A stretch of 64,000 bases of DNA from a virus (lineage: Duplodnaviria > Caudoviricetes): positions 32,001 through 96,000 of the IMG/VR virus record IMGVR_UViG_3300001528_000378. The stretch is one strand, 5' to 3'. Below, piece by piece: positions 38,787 to 48,933 of the stretch. The notes below the pieces were generated by a model. It searched no databases. It saw nothing but the letters and a program-made list of their open reading frames with translations, and had not been told where the DNA came from. The stretch's first letter is position 1, and each line of letters opens with the position of its first letter. A program made the translations under genes and the position numbers.

Positions 38787-39190
38787 TAAAAATTAACCTC
38801 ACACTCATTAACAGAATTACCATCTTCATCTACATAGTGTAACTCTTTATCATTATTATAGCAAATATTTTCATTATTGTCAACAACTTTATTCTCACAA
38901 CTAAGTGCTAATAGTAACAATAAGTAGTTTCTTGCATCTAGAATCCGACTTTCAATATTTTCGTCACTTAAATTCTTTCCACTATTCACATAGCTAATAA
39001 TGCTATTAAAATGTTTTAGTAAAAAGATAGCACATACCTTTTCAGGTGTAATGCTCAGTTTGTTCGCATAGTCTTTAAAGAATTTAAGTCTATCCTCAGT
39101 AATGCAATATTCTTTACCCTTAGTTAAAAGAATATTGGTTTCTTTATTTATAATATCTTTATGTAAATCCTTTAATTCTTCTAGTGTCAT
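38786..39190 (-). CDS. All-alpha DUF1599/Nmad1-like (MazG-related) protein
   Basis: KGKEY...DRLKFF...KH...ESRILDARNY pattern. Contains an internal - strand promoter at 38855-38883. Confidence 0.55.
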   Translation of the reverse strand: MTLEELKDLHKDIINKETNILLTKGKEYCITEDRLKFFKDYANKLSITPEKVCAIFLLKHFNSIISYVNSGKNLSDENIESRILDARNYLLLLLALSCENKVVDNNENICYNNDKELHYVDEDGNSVNECEVNF

Positions 39191-39732
39191 TTAGTCATCT
39201 CCTTTACTCTATTTTTAATCTGCTCGAGTCTTTCAGGTGTCTCACCACTCACAAATAATACTTTTTCTTGTGGGATAAATTTACAAGTAGACTGAAATGC
39301 CTTATCAATGCTTTCTTGAAATTTCTTATCAATAGTTCTTACACCATCATCAAACATTTCAAATTCAATAGGGCAATATACATACAGGTCTATATCATCA
39401 ATATTATCCAAAAAATAGGACTCAATGGTTCTAACACATAATTCAGATACTTTGGAATCTTGCTGTGTACTAATAACCCAAGCATAGATAAAGTTATCCC
39501 ATAGGCATCTATCTGTTACCATATTTTTATAAGTAAGATGTTTTAAATGTAGAGCACACATAGCCAACTGTGAAGCGTCCGTAGCACCCTCATTAATGGG
39601 AAATCCCATCCTGCTTACTTCCCTTACCGCTTCTGGAAAGAACTCATATCCAGAAAATAGAGGGTCAGAATACATCTTACTATATAGTGAAGTCTTACCC
39701 GTATTGTGGCTACCAACCAATGCTATTCTCAT
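39187..39732 (-). CDS. P-loop nucleotide kinase (AAA_28/NadR-like)
   Basis: GSHNTGKTS, EAVR, TDRC, DDGVR. Confidence 0.75.
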   Translation of the reverse strand: MRIALVGSHNTGKTSLYSKMYSDPLFSGYEFFPEAVREVSRMGFPINEGATDASQLAMCALHLKHLTYKNMVTDRCLWDNFIYAWVISTQQDSKVSELCVRTIESYFLDNIDDIDLYVYCPIEFEMFDDGVRTIDKKFQESIDKAFQSTCKFIPQEKVLFVSGETPERLEQIKNRVKEMTK

Positions 39733-41969
39733 TTTTTGAATCTCTCCCAGTCTTTCTGTGATTTATAATTGCCAAGCGTGATATCACCAAACTCTTTACG
39801 AATTTTGTTTACTTGGGATAGGAACTCCTTTGATTTACTATCATCCATATAGACATTCTTCATAAGATATTCCACCATCTCTACCATTACAGGCTTACAA
39901 GTAGTAATAATTGCATTAGCTTCCTGGGCGGCGTCTTTTAATAACTCTGCTACACCTGTTTGTATACTCTCATCAAACACAGTTAAACTACTACCAGCAG
40001 ATAGTGAACTTTCAGAGGAGTTACTAGATACACCATTTCCACCAGAACCTCTGTACCCGAATTTTCTTGCTAGTGTTAGAGCTAATGAGGTAGCTTCTTG
40101 CAAATCCATATAGCACCCAGCAGATAATAATCTTTCACCAAATACAATGGATTCTGCCTCTCTACCACCCAAAGTCATAGAAATATTGGATAACATATAC
40201 TCGTGCAACATACCAATTTCTTGCTCCACTTCCTCTGGAATATGTGTACTCGTCCATGCACCTGCACTTGTAGATAAAGGAGCCATATCAATGGTGGGGG
40301 CGATACCTACCTTGTACATAAACACCAAAGCGTGTCCGGCTTCATGAATAGCAGCTCTTAATCTAAATCTTCCACCACAGTCCTCTTCCTTTTCGGATAC
40401 TTCCAACAAGAGTTTCTTTTTAATAATATTCTTACCAATAGTAGCTATTAATTCCTTTGACTTCTCATCAATAGTAAAATTAATAGACTTACCTATGTTA
40501 CACCCACAAATTTCATACACAATTCCACCTATCATACTATCTAATAATGACAGTAAGGGTCTGACACCCTGTGTCGGGAATACTCCATTTTTATACACCA
40601 CATTAGTAAACTCTTTGGAAAAGGTAGCAGTACATCCATACTGCTTTTTCACATTAGAGGTTATTTTATCAATATGGTCCTTAATAATTTGATTGTATGC
40701 TTTCTTGGTTAGAGTAGGATAAATCAAGTGAACCATACCCAGCCTAGAAATTTGTTCTGGACGCAAACTATCTAATAATACTTGCTTTAAATCATACCAT
40801 TTTAATTTGCTATTAACTTCGTGCACATAGTCCACATCTTTATAAGAGAACATAAAGTCTTTAGAATTTTTAAATAATGTGTCCTGATTACCTGCAATAA
40901 TAACAAGTAAGTTTTTGGCTTGCAAGGCATTATCGATATCCGTTCTCGCTAGAGTAATTGCTTGTTCTTTTACTTGTTTGATAAGACTTGCATAATTTCC
41001 CTTTTTAAGGGGTTTAAAAAACACCGACTTAAATGTCTTATGTAGCTTTTCTAACTCAAAATCCATATTAATTTTCATGGTCATATAAATGGAATTATCG
41101 TGAGAAATTTCGCACAAGTCTTTAATAAAAGCAAGCATATCTTCAACAGAATAATTTTCATTCCAGTAATGATCATTAACTTGAAACTCAAACATGTTGT
41201 CAATGCTTCCAGTGCTAGATTCAGGATACGCAGAGCGAATAATATAATTGTCATTTTCATTATAAGTATCCATACGGCCCCTCCATAACTTCATTTGGGT
41301 ATACTTCTCTACACCATATACTTGTTCTGCATCTTTAGTCATAAAGGTATCTAATGCCGTAGTGAACTGTCTGTGCATCATAGTCCATAAATCAAAAGCA
41401 GAACTAAACAATGAATCTATCTTTTTGAAGTATTCTTCACGAGTATAGAACCTGCCATCAGATAGTAGAGTCCATAAATCTTGATAGGGAGTGTCCTTAA
41501 TACTGACACCATCCTTATCAATAGTCTGCATATTTTGAAATTCATCAATAAAAATACATAGATTATTTCTTGCCGAATTAACTATGGAGGTCACCTGACC
41601 CAATACAGTATGTTGATACTTATTACTAGAACTTTCATTGGTCATAGTAATTTCAACAAGTTTATCAGATACACCTAGTTCTTGCATTAAAAGTCTAACC
41701 AAGGAAGTTTTACCTAAACCAGTCATAGACCACATATTAACAATGGTGGGTCTATTAGGTATGGTTGTACCTAAATACCATGAACTAATATTGTCAATAA
41801 GAGCATCTATCTGTTTATCAATACCACGATATGCCTTTTTAAGTTTATTCTTTACACTAATAAGGCGTTTCTGCTTTTCTTCATTTGTTAAGTGTGGAGC
41901 AGGATTGGTTGACACACTACTCCCCTGTAATGTCACTTTCTGCTTCCCACATGCAATTCTCACTGGCAT
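39729..41969 (-). CDS. Soluble AAA+ ATPase fused to an M41 (FtsH-type) zinc peptidase
   Basis: Walker A TGLGKT, Walker B FIDEFQ, ClpB-like GVRPL; HEAGH, LGGREAE, GCYMD; no transmembrane helix seen. Confidence 0.8.
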   Translation of the reverse strand: MPVRIACGKQKVTLQGSSVSTNPAPHLTNEEKQKRLISVKNKLKKAYRGIDKQIDALIDNISSWYLGTTIPNRPTIVNMWSMTGLGKTSLVRLLMQELGVSDKLVEITMTNESSSNKYQHTVLGQVTSIVNSARNNLCIFIDEFQNMQTIDKDGVSIKDTPYQDLWTLLSDGRFYTREEYFKKIDSLFSSAFDLWTMMHRQFTTALDTFMTKDAEQVYGVEKYTQMKLWRGRMDTYNENDNYIIRSAYPESSTGSIDNMFEFQVNDHYWNENYSVEDMLAFIKDLCEISHDNSIYMTMKINMDFELEKLHKTFKSVFFKPLKKGNYASLIKQVKEQAITLARTDIDNALQAKNLLVIIAGNQDTLFKNSKDFMFSYKDVDYVHEVNSKLKWYDLKQVLLDSLRPEQISRLGMVHLIYPTLTKKAYNQIIKDHIDKITSNVKKQYGCTATFSKEFTNVVYKNGVFPTQGVRPLLSLLDSMIGGIVYEICGCNIGKSINFTIDEKSKELIATIGKNIIKKKLLLEVSEKEEDCGGRFRLRAAIHEAGHALVFMYKVGIAPTIDMAPLSTSAGAWTSTHIPEEVEQEIGMLHEYMLSNISMTLGGREAESIVFGERLLSAGCYMDLQEATSLALTLARKFGYRGSGGNGVSSNSSESSLSAGSSLTVFDESIQTGVAELLKDAAQEANAIITTCKPVMVEMVEYLMKNVYMDDSKSKEFLSQVNKIRKEFGDITLGNYKSQKDWERFKK

Positions 41970-42211
41970 TTTTTAAACTCCTTTACAATTTGATTTTGTG
42001 CATTTAGCACACAAGTTGAAATTGACAAGCTTGTATAATCTGGGTCTACCTTTTTATAATAAGCAATCATACTGTTAAGAAGTTTTTTTGCTCTAGTTAC
42101 TGCTTCTTCTTTTAGCATAATCTGACAATATCTCTGCCTATAATAATCTTCCTGACTAGAAAAAATATTGTGTACGTAATACATTACTCTATAAGGTCCT
42201 TGATATGCCAT
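41960..42211 (-). CDS. Hypothetical protein
   Basis: AGGAG RBS after a promoter. Confidence 0.6.
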   Translation of the reverse strand: MAYQGPYRVMYYVHNIFSSQEDYYRQRYCQIMLKEEAVTRAKKLLNSMIAYYKKVDPDYTSLSISTCVLNAQNQIVKEFKKCQ

Positions 42212-42237
42212 GTTGTATCTCCTGTATAGTTTTAATA

Positions 42238-42266
42238 ATTATACCATATAATTATTTATTTGTCAA
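42238..42266 (-). promoter_or_regulatory. sigma70-type promoter, conserved-spacer class, overlapping the glyA end
   Basis: TTGACA-AATAAATAATTATATGG-TATAAT. Confidence 0.8.
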
Positions 42267-43523
42267 GCCCTCCCATAAAGGGTGTTTTTTAACCATATCG
42301 TTAACAATATCAGTATAATATGTGTCCTCTTTCATATTGCCAAGTACAACATCTGCAATAATGTTTGCTAACACTTTGCAATCACTCTCATTAAAACCAC
42401 GAGTAGTAACAGCTGCCGTTCCAATTCTAAGACCAGAAGTTTCACTCTTAGGTCTTTTATCAAAAGGAACTGCATTTTTATTTGTAATAATACCCAAAGA
42501 AGTAAGTTTATCTTCCACTTCCTTACCACTCTTATTGTATCTTTTTAAATCCAGTAGAATCAAATGATTATCTGAACCACCAGATACCATATCAATTCCA
42601 CGGGAATTAAATACTTCCACCATCGCCCTAACATTGCTAAGTACATTTCTAATATAATCTCTAAACTGAGGTCTTAATACCTCATCCATAGCAATACCTA
42701 CAGCAGAAATCATGTTCTGTAATGGGCCCCCATTTAAACCGGGGAATACAGATTTGTCAACCAATTTTGCCATCTCTTCATCATTTGTGGTAATAATTGC
42801 ATGCCTAGCCCCTCTAAGTGTTTTATGTGTGGTAGAAGTTATAATTACATGTGCTTTTCCCCAGTCATAATCTAATGGATGCTGATGCTCCCCAACCGCA
42901 ATAAGACCCGCTATATGAGATATATCACACAAGACAATAATATTTTTATTAGAAGTCTTAACTATACTAGAAATCATGTCATATCTCAGTTCCCTAGGAT
43001 ATGCACTGAACCCAATAACAAGAACCACAGGACCTGCGACTTTATCAAGGGAGTTCTTGAGTTCACTATAATTGAATAATCCATTATCAGATTCAAAGGT
43101 ATATGTATTAAACCAACTTCCTGTAATTGATGCTATAGACCCATGCGTTAGGTGTGCACCTGAATTTAGTGAGTGTGATATAATAGTTAAGTCGGTAGGT
43201 TTACACTTAAAATACTTGGTTGCTGCAAGATATACTGCTAAATTAGCAGATGATCCACTGTGCGATTGAACATTGCTATACTTGGTATTAAACACCTTAC
43301 AAACTAATTCCCTAGTAATACTCTCTATTTTATCAACTATTTCACACCCACCATAATATCTTCTACCAGGATATCCCTCAGCATATTTATTTTGAATGCA
43401 ACTCCCACATGCTGCCAACACATCATCAGAAGCATAGTTTTCAGACGCAATTAATGAAATTTCATTATTCTGTCTTTCTTTTTCTTCATTTAATAATTTT
43501 TTAATGTAATGAGTATATGTCAT
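42252..43523 (-). CDS. glyA: Serine hydroxymethyltransferase
   Basis: LIASEN, KYAEGYPGRRYYGGC, HLTHG, PLP lysine in TTHKTLRG, SGLRIGT. Confidence 0.95.
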   Translation of the reverse strand: MTYTHYIKKLLNEEKERQNNEISLIASENYASDDVLAACGSCIQNKYAEGYPGRRYYGGCEIVDKIESITRELVCKVFNTKYSNVQSHSGSSANLAVYLAATKYFKCKPTDLTIISHSLNSGAHLTHGSIASITGSWFNTYTFESDNGLFNYSELKNSLDKVAGPVVLVIGFSAYPRELRYDMISSIVKTSNKNIIVLCDISHIAGLIAVGEHQHPLDYDWGKAHVIITSTTHKTLRGARHAIITTNDEEMAKLVDKSVFPGLNGGPLQNMISAVGIAMDEVLRPQFRDYIRNVLSNVRAMVEVFNSRGIDMVSGGSDNHLILLDLKRYNKSGKEVEDKLTSLGIITNKNAVPFDKRPKSETSGLRIGTAAVTTRGFNESDCKVLANIIADVVLGNMKEDTYYTDIVNDMVKKHPLWEGLTNK

Positions 43524-43608
43524 TTATTTCTCCAATTCAAACTTTAAAGTATTATTTTTTACATCAGTATTCAACTTTAGGCTTCTTTAATTGTGTTACC
43601 TTTGTCTC

Positions 43609-44394
43609 TCATAGACTAATCCTCTTATTAAAATTATAAATATTAATTAATGATTTAAATACTTCAAAGTATTGTAGCATTTGTTCCCTACCAAAGTCAA
43701 TAACTTCATAGTAAGGGTGTGCTTTGTCAAATCTTACTAGATATACATGCTCAATAGGCCCTGGTAAGTTATATTCTTTGGCTCTCTCTTCCAGTGCCAC
43801 CCAGTAGGCGGATAACTGCAATAAATATTTGGAGTGTAAATGACCTGTAGTCTTCCAATCTAGAATATATACCTTCCCATCTTTAATCGCAATATAATCT
43901 ATACAGCCAGCATAATTATATACATTGGACCAAATTAAACACTCAGCTTTAAATGTAGTGTTAGGACCTAAATTCCAGTCATTTACAAACTTAATCATAG
44001 ACTGCCTACAAATAGAAGTATCTGCATAAGGATGTTTGGGAACGTCTTTCATAACACCTGTAGTAAGATACACTTCCAAAAACTCGTGCAACAGAGTTCC
44101 AAACTCCGCAGACTGTTTTGTTATTCTATCTGAGGCGTCATATGAATAATCCCACAGTTCTAATATATTATTCCACCCAGTAGGAAGTGTGTCAGTTTTA
44201 TTATCTATATCAGAAATACCTAACTCAAAGGCCTTTTTTCTTTGTTTTTTCTTCCATCCCTCTAAAATATCATTTCCAAAATTAGCCATAGCCAATATGT
44301 TAGATACACGAGCAAAACTACCAACACCCTTAATATCATATCCAGTAGGTGTGGAGACATATTGAGGTATTAAACTATTATTTATTTGTTCCAT
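43609..44394 (-). CDS. PD-(D/E)XK exonuclease
   Basis: GTLLH, AGCID, LDWKT, QLSAY. Confidence 0.85.
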   Translation of the reverse strand: MEQINNSLIPQYVSTPTGYDIKGVGSFARVSNILAMANFGNDILEGWKKKQRKKAFELGISDIDNKTDTLPTGWNNILELWDYSYDASDRITKQSAEFGTLLHEFLEVYLTTGVMKDVPKHPYADTSICRQSMIKFVNDWNLGPNTTFKAECLIWSNVYNYAGCIDYIAIKDGKVYILDWKTTGHLHSKYLLQLSAYWVALEERAKEYNLPGPIEHVYLVRFDKAHPYYEVIDFGREQMLQYFEVFKSLINIYNFNKRISL

Positions 44395-44732
44395 ACAAAT
44401 TTCCAGTCATCAGTCTCTTTATACTTGTCAAACTGTTTCTGTGTTAAAAAGTCATACTGATCCCCATTAACTTCAACAGTTGGAGATACCTTAAATACAA
44501 TTAACCTATTATACATAACGGACAAATAAAAAGACATACTCTGTTCAATAGAGTAGCATAGTTTATTTGCTTCTTCATTTTCAGTATCAATATCTAATAC
44601 GTGCATCACAACACACTGCACATTAGACTTTTTCTTTTTTTCATATTTATCTATTGATACTTTTAATTTCATTAATTCTGTATAAACTGTTTCTTCAACT
44701 AGCATATTACCTTTTCCATTTTGGGAGTTCAA
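44382..44732 (-). CDS. Hypothetical protein
   Basis: Operon packing. Confidence 0.55.
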   Translation of the reverse strand: MNSQNGKGNMLVEETVYTELMKLKVSIDKYEKKKKSNVQCVVMHVLDIDTENEEANKLCYSIEQSMSFYLSVMYNRLIVFKVSPTVEVNGDQYDFLTQKQFDKYKETDDWKFVWNK

Positions 44733-45387
44733 TGTGTTTAACCATTTCAGACGAAGTATGATTTTTCAAATACTCATCCGGGTCACCTGATATATTCAGC
44801 CTATAAATATTTACCTTATTCTTGTATGTTTTCCAAACCTCATGTATAGATTTAATTCCTGCTCTATCCCCATCTAAACACATGATAATATTATCTGTTA
44901 ATGAAGATAGAATTGCAAAATGATACTGTGAAAAATTAGTACCTAGAATAGATACCGTATTTGGTAATCCTTTTGAAGCACAGGCTACACAATCATAGGC
45001 ACCCTCTACAACAATAACTCTATTTAATTTTGCAATATGTTTATACGCTTTGTCAATACCAAATATACAAGTTGGCTTTGAAACATTTTCAACTAAATAG
45101 GAGTCGTGCTTCTGTTCATTGAATACTCTTATAGATAACCCCTGGAATACACCTTCAATATCCAGTATGGGCATAAATATAGCCTCATAAATACCAGAGG
45201 ATCCATACTTTTCTTTCTTAAATTTACATAAGTGATACACACCCTTTTGTTTTATCCATGAGCACATATCATAGTTTGTAAATCTGCCCCCCTCTAACAA
45301 TAAGCCACCAAAATAGTTTATCTGATCATAGGTCAAACCCTTGGAATCTAAATAATTTTTAACCGTACCACTTGTAATGTGATTCAC
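44707..45387 (-). CDS. Stand-alone DnaG catalytic core (Toprim_N + TOPRIM), no zinc domain
   Basis: YLDSKG, IFMPI, VVEGAYD, LDGDRAG, DPDE. Confidence 0.88.
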   Translation of the reverse strand: MNHITSGTVKNYLDSKGLTYDQINYFGGLLLEGGRFTNYDMCSWIKQKGVYHLCKFKKEKYGSSGIYEAIFMPILDIEGVFQGLSIRVFNEQKHDSYLVENVSKPTCIFGIDKAYKHIAKLNRVIVVEGAYDCVACASKGLPNTVSILGTNFSQYHFAILSSLTDNIIMCLDGDRAGIKSIHEVWKTYKNKVNIYRLNISGDPDEYLKNHTSSEMVKHIELPKWKR

Positions 45388-45782
45388 AGCTTACTCCCCT
45401 CACGCCGTTTATAGGGCACTTTTTCAACCTCTACTCCATAAAGAAATCTCAATTTCTGTATAACTTTATGAAATCTTTTTGAAATAGCCATATGTGATAC
45501 ATTAAATCTAGGGCCAATCTTTCTAAAAGATTCACCTAAATAAACATGCTGGTATGCAATGATATAATCCACTGTATTCTTTCCACCAGATACTTTCTCA
45601 ATATCTGACCATAACCTATCCCTATAATAGGATTCTTCCTCTGTAAGAGATGGTGTGATAATCCGCTCTGCAAGAACCTCTATTAGATTCTCATCATCTA
45701 ATGATATGACAGGACTATAATTATTATATTTAATTGTATCAAAATCTTTTTTTGACTTATAGTCAGTAGAATTGAGTTCCAT
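45384..45782 (-). CDS. Sigma70 region-4-like HTH protein
   Basis: ISLD...SFRKIGPRFNVSHMAISKRFHKVIQKLR; AGGAG RBS before ATG 45782. Confidence 0.65.
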   Translation of the reverse strand: MELNSTDYKSKKDFDTIKYNNYSPVISLDDENLIEVLAERIITPSLTEEESYYRDRLWSDIEKVSGGKNTVDYIIAYQHVYLGESFRKIGPRFNVSHMAISKRFHKVIQKLRFLYGVEVEKVPYKRREGSKL

Positions 45783-45790
45783 AATTTCTC

Positions 45791-46427
45791 CTAAAAAGCC
45801 AATGCCAAGTCTGCATATACTTGTTCTATGCAATTAAACTTGGAGGATTCAAGTGTTTTCCCTCTTTTAAATACACCTGTCCAATAGTAGTGATCTCCAT
45901 CTTTTCTAATAAGAATAACTGCACCACCCTTACTCAGTACAGATATAACATTAGACGGAATATTTTTAACTTTAACAGCATCCGCAGAATTATCATTGGT
46001 TCTATTGTATAGGGCTACACAAGACCTAGAACAAAACTTTCTCTTCTGAAAATCGGATTCACTAAGACCATCATGGTACAACTGCCTACCACAAGTCAGA
46101 CACTTCTTCTCAGGATAGTATAACTCATCATATTTATGACTACACTTAACACTACAAAAATAATGATTAACAGTTTTACCACATACTAAGCATTTAGGCA
46201 TACTATACCTCACGAATTTTTAACTTATAATAATAGTTGGGAATAAATTTAATTCTATATTTATTATTTACATTACCCTTTTCATCTCTGGACCAGACTT
46301 TAATTTTTCGTCCTTTGGTTTTGATTTTAACTTTATTATTTGTTTGTGCTTCAAAAATACAACCTTCTCTCAAAGCAAACATAATAGAAGTTCCATCTAT
46401 CAAATATTGTTTTTCTGCAATAATCAT
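45791..46427 (-). CDS. Zinc-finger repeat protein (45791..46213) and a hypothetical protein (46203..46427)
   Basis: CxxC...FCSxxC occurs twice in the first ORF. Confidence 0.6.
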
Positions 46428-46434
46428 GATCCTC

Positions 46435-46911
46435 TCACTTTGTAATGTGCACTATTTTAACATCACACTTTTTATTAATTTTCAGACTTTCTTTCCTGTC
46501 AAACAAAAATATATCTATTCTTTTTGTAAACCGTTTATTCATAGTGTCATCTACAATAAACCACCTATCAAAGCAGTTCACATATATTAAATCCCCATAC
46601 GTTACATATGATAAGAAGTCTCTACTAACTGCCACCATACCCTCTCTAACAGGTCTATTTGAAGCAGTTACATTTGGGGTATCATCTGTCTGGTCGATGT
46701 CATTATTGTAGGAAGTAACTACAACATCTTTAATTACCCGTTCTGAGTATTCTGCTTTTGATAAGTCATACTTACTCTCAACCTGGATTATACTACTTGC
46801 ATTATTATCCTTTAATTCTATTTTTTCTGCTCTAGTATCGCTAAAACATACATATCCAAAGAGAAGTCCTGCTAATGCTACATATCCCATTAGTCCGGTT
46901 GTATTCGACAT
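46435..46911 (-). CDS. 3D-domain (lytic transglycosylase-like) protein with signal anchor
   Basis: VTSY...QTDDTP..TAS, VAVSRD, DDTM, RIDIF; hydrophobic N-terminus. Confidence 0.8.
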   Translation of the reverse strand: MSNTTGLMGYVALAGLLFGYVCFSDTRAEKIELKDNNASSIIQVESKYDLSKAEYSERVIKDVVVTSYNNDIDQTDDTPNVTASNRPVREGMVAVSRDFLSYVTYGDLIYVNCFDRWFIVDDTMNKRFTKRIDIFLFDRKESLKINKKCDVKIVHITK

Positions 46912-46969
46912 AAAATCCTCACGAAATAAAAATAGGAGTGGTGTGGATAACCACTCCCTAGATGGCAGA

Positions 46970-47627
46970 CTAAATAGCAGTAGAGGTATATACTACTCTA
47001 TCTGCATCATTGCAAGAATAATAGGTTTTACCACCATCAGCAGAGAATAATCTAGGATCATTGGTATTCTGCCACATACCATCAGAAATCTCACTCCACT
47101 CGTCAGTAGATGTAGTGGGAACATAATCCTGAACTTTAAACAATTCAGTTAACATTTCGATAACTTTTTTCTTAGATTCGTGGTTTTTAATCCGTTCTAA
47201 ATCACGAGCAAGGTTCATAACTGCATTTCCAACTTCAAACCGTTCTTCATCTTCGTCTAAATATCCCATGCTCAAAAGGATATCCCAGCATTCATTTGCA
47301 CTCATCATATTATTTAATCTCCTTAACATCTGCTTGTTTAATAATCTGTTCCTTCTTCCACTCTTGTGCTTCTTTTACAGAGAGCGTACCTGCTTTCTCT
47401 TCACCACGTTTGGTTCTTACAAAACCAATATGTTTAAAAGAAATAAATGATCCTTTGGGTACATCCACCTTATAAACAGTTCCGTCCCTGTCCTCAAACA
47501 TATAACCAATACCAAGAGCGGTACAAGTCTCTTCCAACTGTTTATCAAGTTCTTCATACTGCTTTTTAAGTTCATCTTTCTTAAAGGATAATTCAACTAA
47601 CTTCTGTTCTAATTCTTTCATAGTCAT
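46970..47627 (-). CDS. Two hypothetical proteins (46970..47329, 47310..47627)
   Basis: AGGAG RBSs; promoter TTGACA-17 bp-TATCAT at 47657-47685. Confidence 0.6.
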
Positions 47628-47681
47628 AACCTCTCCTTTTCTATTACTATACTAATATGATAGCATATTAATCTGATTTTG

Positions 47682-48137
47682 TCAAGGAGTTTTTAAACCA
47701 ATGGTGAAATTCTTATCTTTAGTTGCCTTATTCATAGCTTTTTCACATTCTTTCTTATTGGTGAAAACATCCCAATAATTTAAAGAATACCCTAGATTAT
47801 ATAGCCTTACCCAACGGCTACTACAACTTGAAACAATACCATTATCTAAGTATAGGTCACCATCATCCGGCTTTAAATCATATCGTTTCTTATGCTTATA
47901 AAACCATACTTTATCACCAATATTAAATTTTGTATTAGTCTTTTTAGACCTCACAAATACTCTACAGTCCTCTCTTGTCCTAAACAGGTTACTGCTAGTG
48001 TATGCTCTATTTTGGTTTTTTAGATAGTAAAATGACCACTGTCTATCAACAATGATATCTCTAACTACACCAAAGATAAATTTACCTTTTTCATAGCCAT
48101 ACCCAACTAACCATACTTTATCACCAATATCAAACAT
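47682..48137 (-). CDS. Protein with two FxIGDKVW (SH3/KOW-like) repeats
   Basis: Internal duplication is also visible in the DNA (ccatactttatcaccaatat at about 47904 and 48111). Confidence 0.6.
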   Translation of the reverse strand: MFDIGDKVWLVGYGYEKGKFIFGVVRDIIVDRQWSFYYLKNQNRAYTSSNLFRTREDCRVFVRSKKTNTKFNIGDKVWFYKHKKRYDLKPDDGDLYLDNGIVSSCSSRWVRLYNLGYSLNYWDVFTNKKECEKAMNKATKDKNFTIGLKTP

Positions 48138-48924
48138 TATTGTTCCTCTTCTTCTCAACAACTTCTTTAATTCTATTAGAAGCTACATCAAAATACTTCT
48201 TATCTAATTCTATACCAATAAAATTTCTATTGGTGTTTACACAAGCAATACCAGTAGTACCGCTCCCCATACAGTTATCCAATACAGTATCATTCTCATT
48301 GGTGTATGTCTTGATTAAGTATTCTAACAAATCAACAGGTTTTTCGTTTGTATGCACTTTCTTATTTGCACACACTTCTGGAAAATTCGTCAATACATCA
48401 GTAGGATAATTTGTATATTCTCTTACAAATTCCTGTTTGTGTGAAGGTCTAACTCCAGCAACTGTACCAAATCTTCCCTTACCCGCTTTAATGGTTTTAT
48501 TACAGGGAACCAAACCTTGTGGGTTATAAGTCATTCTCTTATCACCCAACTGACTTGCATGACCCATAGAACCTTTGCTAAATACCAATAAGTCTTCACT
48601 CTTGGTCATTGGTCTATTCTTTGCGTGAACAAAGTTTGTAGAATTATGCTTCACCCAAACAATACGATACTTGTAATCTTCCAGGTTGGAACACATTACT
48701 CTAGGTGTAAACATACCATTTGCAAAGAAAATAGCCGTTCCATTGGGTGCAAGGATTCTATTATAACACTCCCATAGTTTATCCATAGGAATATACTTAT
48801 CCCAATTTGAAGCAGTAGTGCCATATGGTAAATCAACCAATACCAAATTAACACTATTATCCTGTATATTCTGTTCGTACATTACTTTCAAGCAGTCGTC
48901 ATTATATAATTTAATGCTAGGCAT
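48130..48924 (-). CDS. Beta-class N4/N6 DNA methyltransferase
   Basis: DLPY, HTNEKP, LDNCMGSGTT, GIELD. Confidence 0.9.
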   Translation of the reverse strand: MPSIKLYNDDCLKVMYEQNIQDNSVNLVLVDLPYGTTASNWDKYIPMDKLWECYNRILAPNGTAIFFANGMFTPRVMCSNLEDYKYRIVWVKHNSTNFVHAKNRPMTKSEDLLVFSKGSMGHASQLGDKRMTYNPQGLVPCNKTIKAGKGRFGTVAGVRPSHKQEFVREYTNYPTDVLTNFPEVCANKKVHTNEKPVDLLEYLIKTYTNENDTVLDNCMGSGTTGIACVNTNRNFIGIELDKKYFDVASNRIKEVVEKKRNNNV

Positions 48925-48933
48925 ATAACACCT

